A stretch of 57,695 nt of DNA from an uncultured virus (IMG/VR IMGVR_UViG_3300013110_000368) (taxonomy: Duplodnaviria; Heunggongvirae; Uroviricota; Caudoviricetes; Kyanoviridae): IMG/VR virus record IMGVR_UViG_3300013110_000368; one strand, given 5' to 3'. The notes under the pieces are model-generated. The model ran no database searches, was not told the DNA's origin, and saw only the letters and a list, made by a program, of their open reading frames with translations. Made by a program: the position numbers and the translations under genes. Below are positions 55,868 through 57,695 of the stretch, piece by piece. Each line of letters starts with the position of its first letter. The stretch's first letter is position 1.

Positions 55868-56144
55868 CTTCTCTAACATTAGTAAATCTTGAATCTTTTT
55901 TAATAAGATCTAAGATAGATTCTTCCAATTCACTTTTATTTATATCAATAAAATGGGGTATCATTTCATCCCGAAAATTAATATCTCTCGGTATTTCTTT
56001 CCCATCCGATAAAAAAACTATATATCTAAACCACAAACTTTTCCAACTTGGGAGACAATACTTATAATAACAATCAGTCATCAGAACCCTTACATCAGTT
56101 TCTGATACATCACCATCCGAAAAATCTACTAGTAATTCATACAT
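55863..56144 (-). CDS. Hypothetical protein
   Basis: 93-aa ORF directly after the Cys-rich protein. Confidence 0.6.
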   Translation of the reverse strand: MYELLVDFSDGDVSETDVRVLMTDCYYKYCLPSWKSLWFRYIVFLSDGKEIPRDINFRDEMIPHFIDINKSELEESILDLIKKDSRFTNVREV

Positions 56145-56146
56145 AT

Positions 56147-57562
56147 TTACCCCTGCCCATAAAAATCACTAAAATCTATTGATCCTGATGTAGGAACATT
56201 AGCGTTTGATGAATTGTTGGTAACATAACTGCCACCCTTATAATAATGTGATAACGAAACATCCGTATTATCTGCCCCGCCATAAAAACCACTAATACTA
56301 AGATGATCGTCTGGTTTACAAATTTCCAAAACACCAATATCACTACACCACCGATTAGTTACATATATTTTCGAGTTTTCATTTGTCCATATCCCACGTC
56401 TGTCATTATACAGGACACAACATGTACTCGGTAAGTGACGTTGCATGCAAGTTAAAACCCCCGTTGAACAATTAAACGATAATTGATAAATATAATGATC
56501 AGCTGCACTCAATCGACCCCCAGATATAGCATATATATATTTACCATCACCATGAAGATCCCATGTGAAATGTGGTATGTTAAGTTGAGATTTTATACAA
56601 AAACAGGCATTTGAACCATCTGCATATGTACACACAACTGAGAAACGGGTATAGTATCCAGTTGAATTAGCATTCCATGCAGGTGAAGCAACAATAAAAA
56701 ACCCGCCGTCACTAAGATCACATCCAGTTTCACAACCACCCCAAATTCTGCCTGGCCTCAAATACGGTTCGCTACTATACCAATTTGGGTTACAGGCAAC
56801 CCACCCATCAGTACTATTTCCTGCAAAATCTCTGCAACAATAATTACCCAACGTACAACTACTAGTATTAAAACACCAGAGAGCAAGTCCATCAGAGTAT
56901 GGAGAAGTATTTGCTCTACTCATTACTACCATACAACATCCATTGCGATTATAGACATATATACCGCAACCTGCACAGACACAACTATTATTTTCATAAT
57001 CAGTATGTCCTAAAACCCCATTTGAATTATAACAATAAACTTCAATCCCATAACACCCCGTCACGAAAATTATATTATGGTCATCAAGTGACCACATTTG
57101 CCTTGATATGAGCAAAGTACAATAACTAACTGGTCTATGAACATCTCTGTAAGTGAGAATACCATTTGAATGAGAGAAAGAATACATACAACACCGCCAA
57201 TATGCCATAATCAAATCATGATTAACATACTCAATCGAGTCAAATCGGCAACCTGACGTACTAGTAACATATCCACATTCACTATCTATAGCTGATCCAA
57301 AATTTGTACTACAAACAGATTGCACTCCGTTATCAGTTGCAAAGAATAAATACCCATCAGTACCAGTTACATCATTCCAGAAACGTCCAGCTCCTGTGCA
57401 ACCCCATGTAGAACCATGCATATCACAACAACATAACCGACCCGTACATGCCATATCTGATCCCACACCGCCAGTCGTTCCTAAACTCAACGCACCAGTT
57501 GGTGCTATTGGTGGTGAACTATATGCACTCATTATCACCTGTGGATAATTAAAAAAATTCAT
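56147..57562 (-). CDS. Cys-rich putative tail adhesin, beta-propeller-like
   Basis: About 34 Cys; C-terminal SLSHYYKGGSYV...VPTSGSIDFSDFYG fibre-attachment-like motif. Start may be 57532. Confidence 0.65.
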   Translation of the reverse strand: MNFFNYPQVIMSAYSSPPIAPTGALSLGTTGGVGSDMACTGRLCCCDMHGSTWGCTGAGRFWNDVTGTDGYLFFATDNGVQSVCSTNFGSAIDSECGYVTSTSGCRFDSIEYVNHDLIMAYWRCCMYSFSHSNGILTYRDVHRPVSYCTLLISRQMWSLDDHNIIFVTGCYGIEVYCYNSNGVLGHTDYENNSCVCAGCGIYVYNRNGCCMVVMSRANTSPYSDGLALWCFNTSSCTLGNYCCRDFAGNSTDGWVACNPNWYSSEPYLRPGRIWGGCETGCDLSDGGFFIVASPAWNANSTGYYTRFSVVCTYADGSNACFCIKSQLNIPHFTWDLHGDGKYIYAISGGRLSAADHYIYQLSFNCSTGVLTCMQRHLPSTCCVLYNDRRGIWTNENSKIYVTNRWCSDIGVLEICKPDDHLSISGFYGGADNTDVSLSHYYKGGSYVTNNSSNANVPTSGSIDFSDFYGQG

Positions 57563-57694
57563 CTATGCACACCTCTTTAGTAACATTTCTACCTGACAAG
57601 TCAGAGTGTTTATTTGTTGTTGTTGTTTTTCGATGGTGCATTGTTGTTCTTTAGTTGCTTCTACCAAAAGTGGTATGATTTTCTCTGCTTTGAC
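57563..57694 (-). CDS. C-terminus of a tail fibre with intramolecular chaperone (peptidase S74-like) coiled coil, partial
   Basis: VKAEKIIPLLVEATKEQQCTIEKQQQQINTL...*. Confidence 0.75.
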   Translation of the reverse strand, partial: VKAEKIIPLLVEATKEQQCTIEKQQQQINTLTCQVEMLLKRCA

Positions 57695-57695
57695 C

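Noticed and set aside
1..57695. tRNA genes, CRISPR arrays, DGR repeats, stop-codon recoding
   Set aside because: No cloverleafs, spaced repeats, template/variable repeat pair or reverse transcriptase were seen by eye; core genes read through intact in code 11 and end at TAA, TAG or TGA.

Overview
This window is about 57.7 kb of a T4-like (Tevenvirinae-like, probably marine or aquatic) myovirus genome. It is AT-rich, uses the standard genetic code, and essentially every credible gene is on the minus strand. Read right to left, it has: the end of a tail fibre and accessory structural genes; the gp13-gp23 morphogenesis block; gp3, uvsY, uvsW, gp55, gp47 and gp46; a three-gene candidate DNA-modification operon (amino-methyltransferase, PLP enzyme, beta-glucosyltransferase-like); gp45, gp44, gp62, regA, hsp20, gp43, uvsX and gp41; a late operon of proteins with capsid-targeting-like N-termini that also contains an intact amtB; and dNMP kinase, gp61 primase, class II RNR and host-like accessory genes (GspC-like, glutaredoxin, IscA, trypsin-like protease). 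Regulatory signals are five near-identical sigma70 promoters (three apparently leaderless), one divergent antisense promoter, several T4 late promoters (TATAAATA), terminators, and a ROSE-like thermometer before hsp20. The best candidates for new biology are the clamp-tethered DNA hypermodification operon, the putative virion-packaged effector set, and a stand-alone IF2 N-terminal-domain protein. All family calls come from motif recognition by eye; no searches were run.
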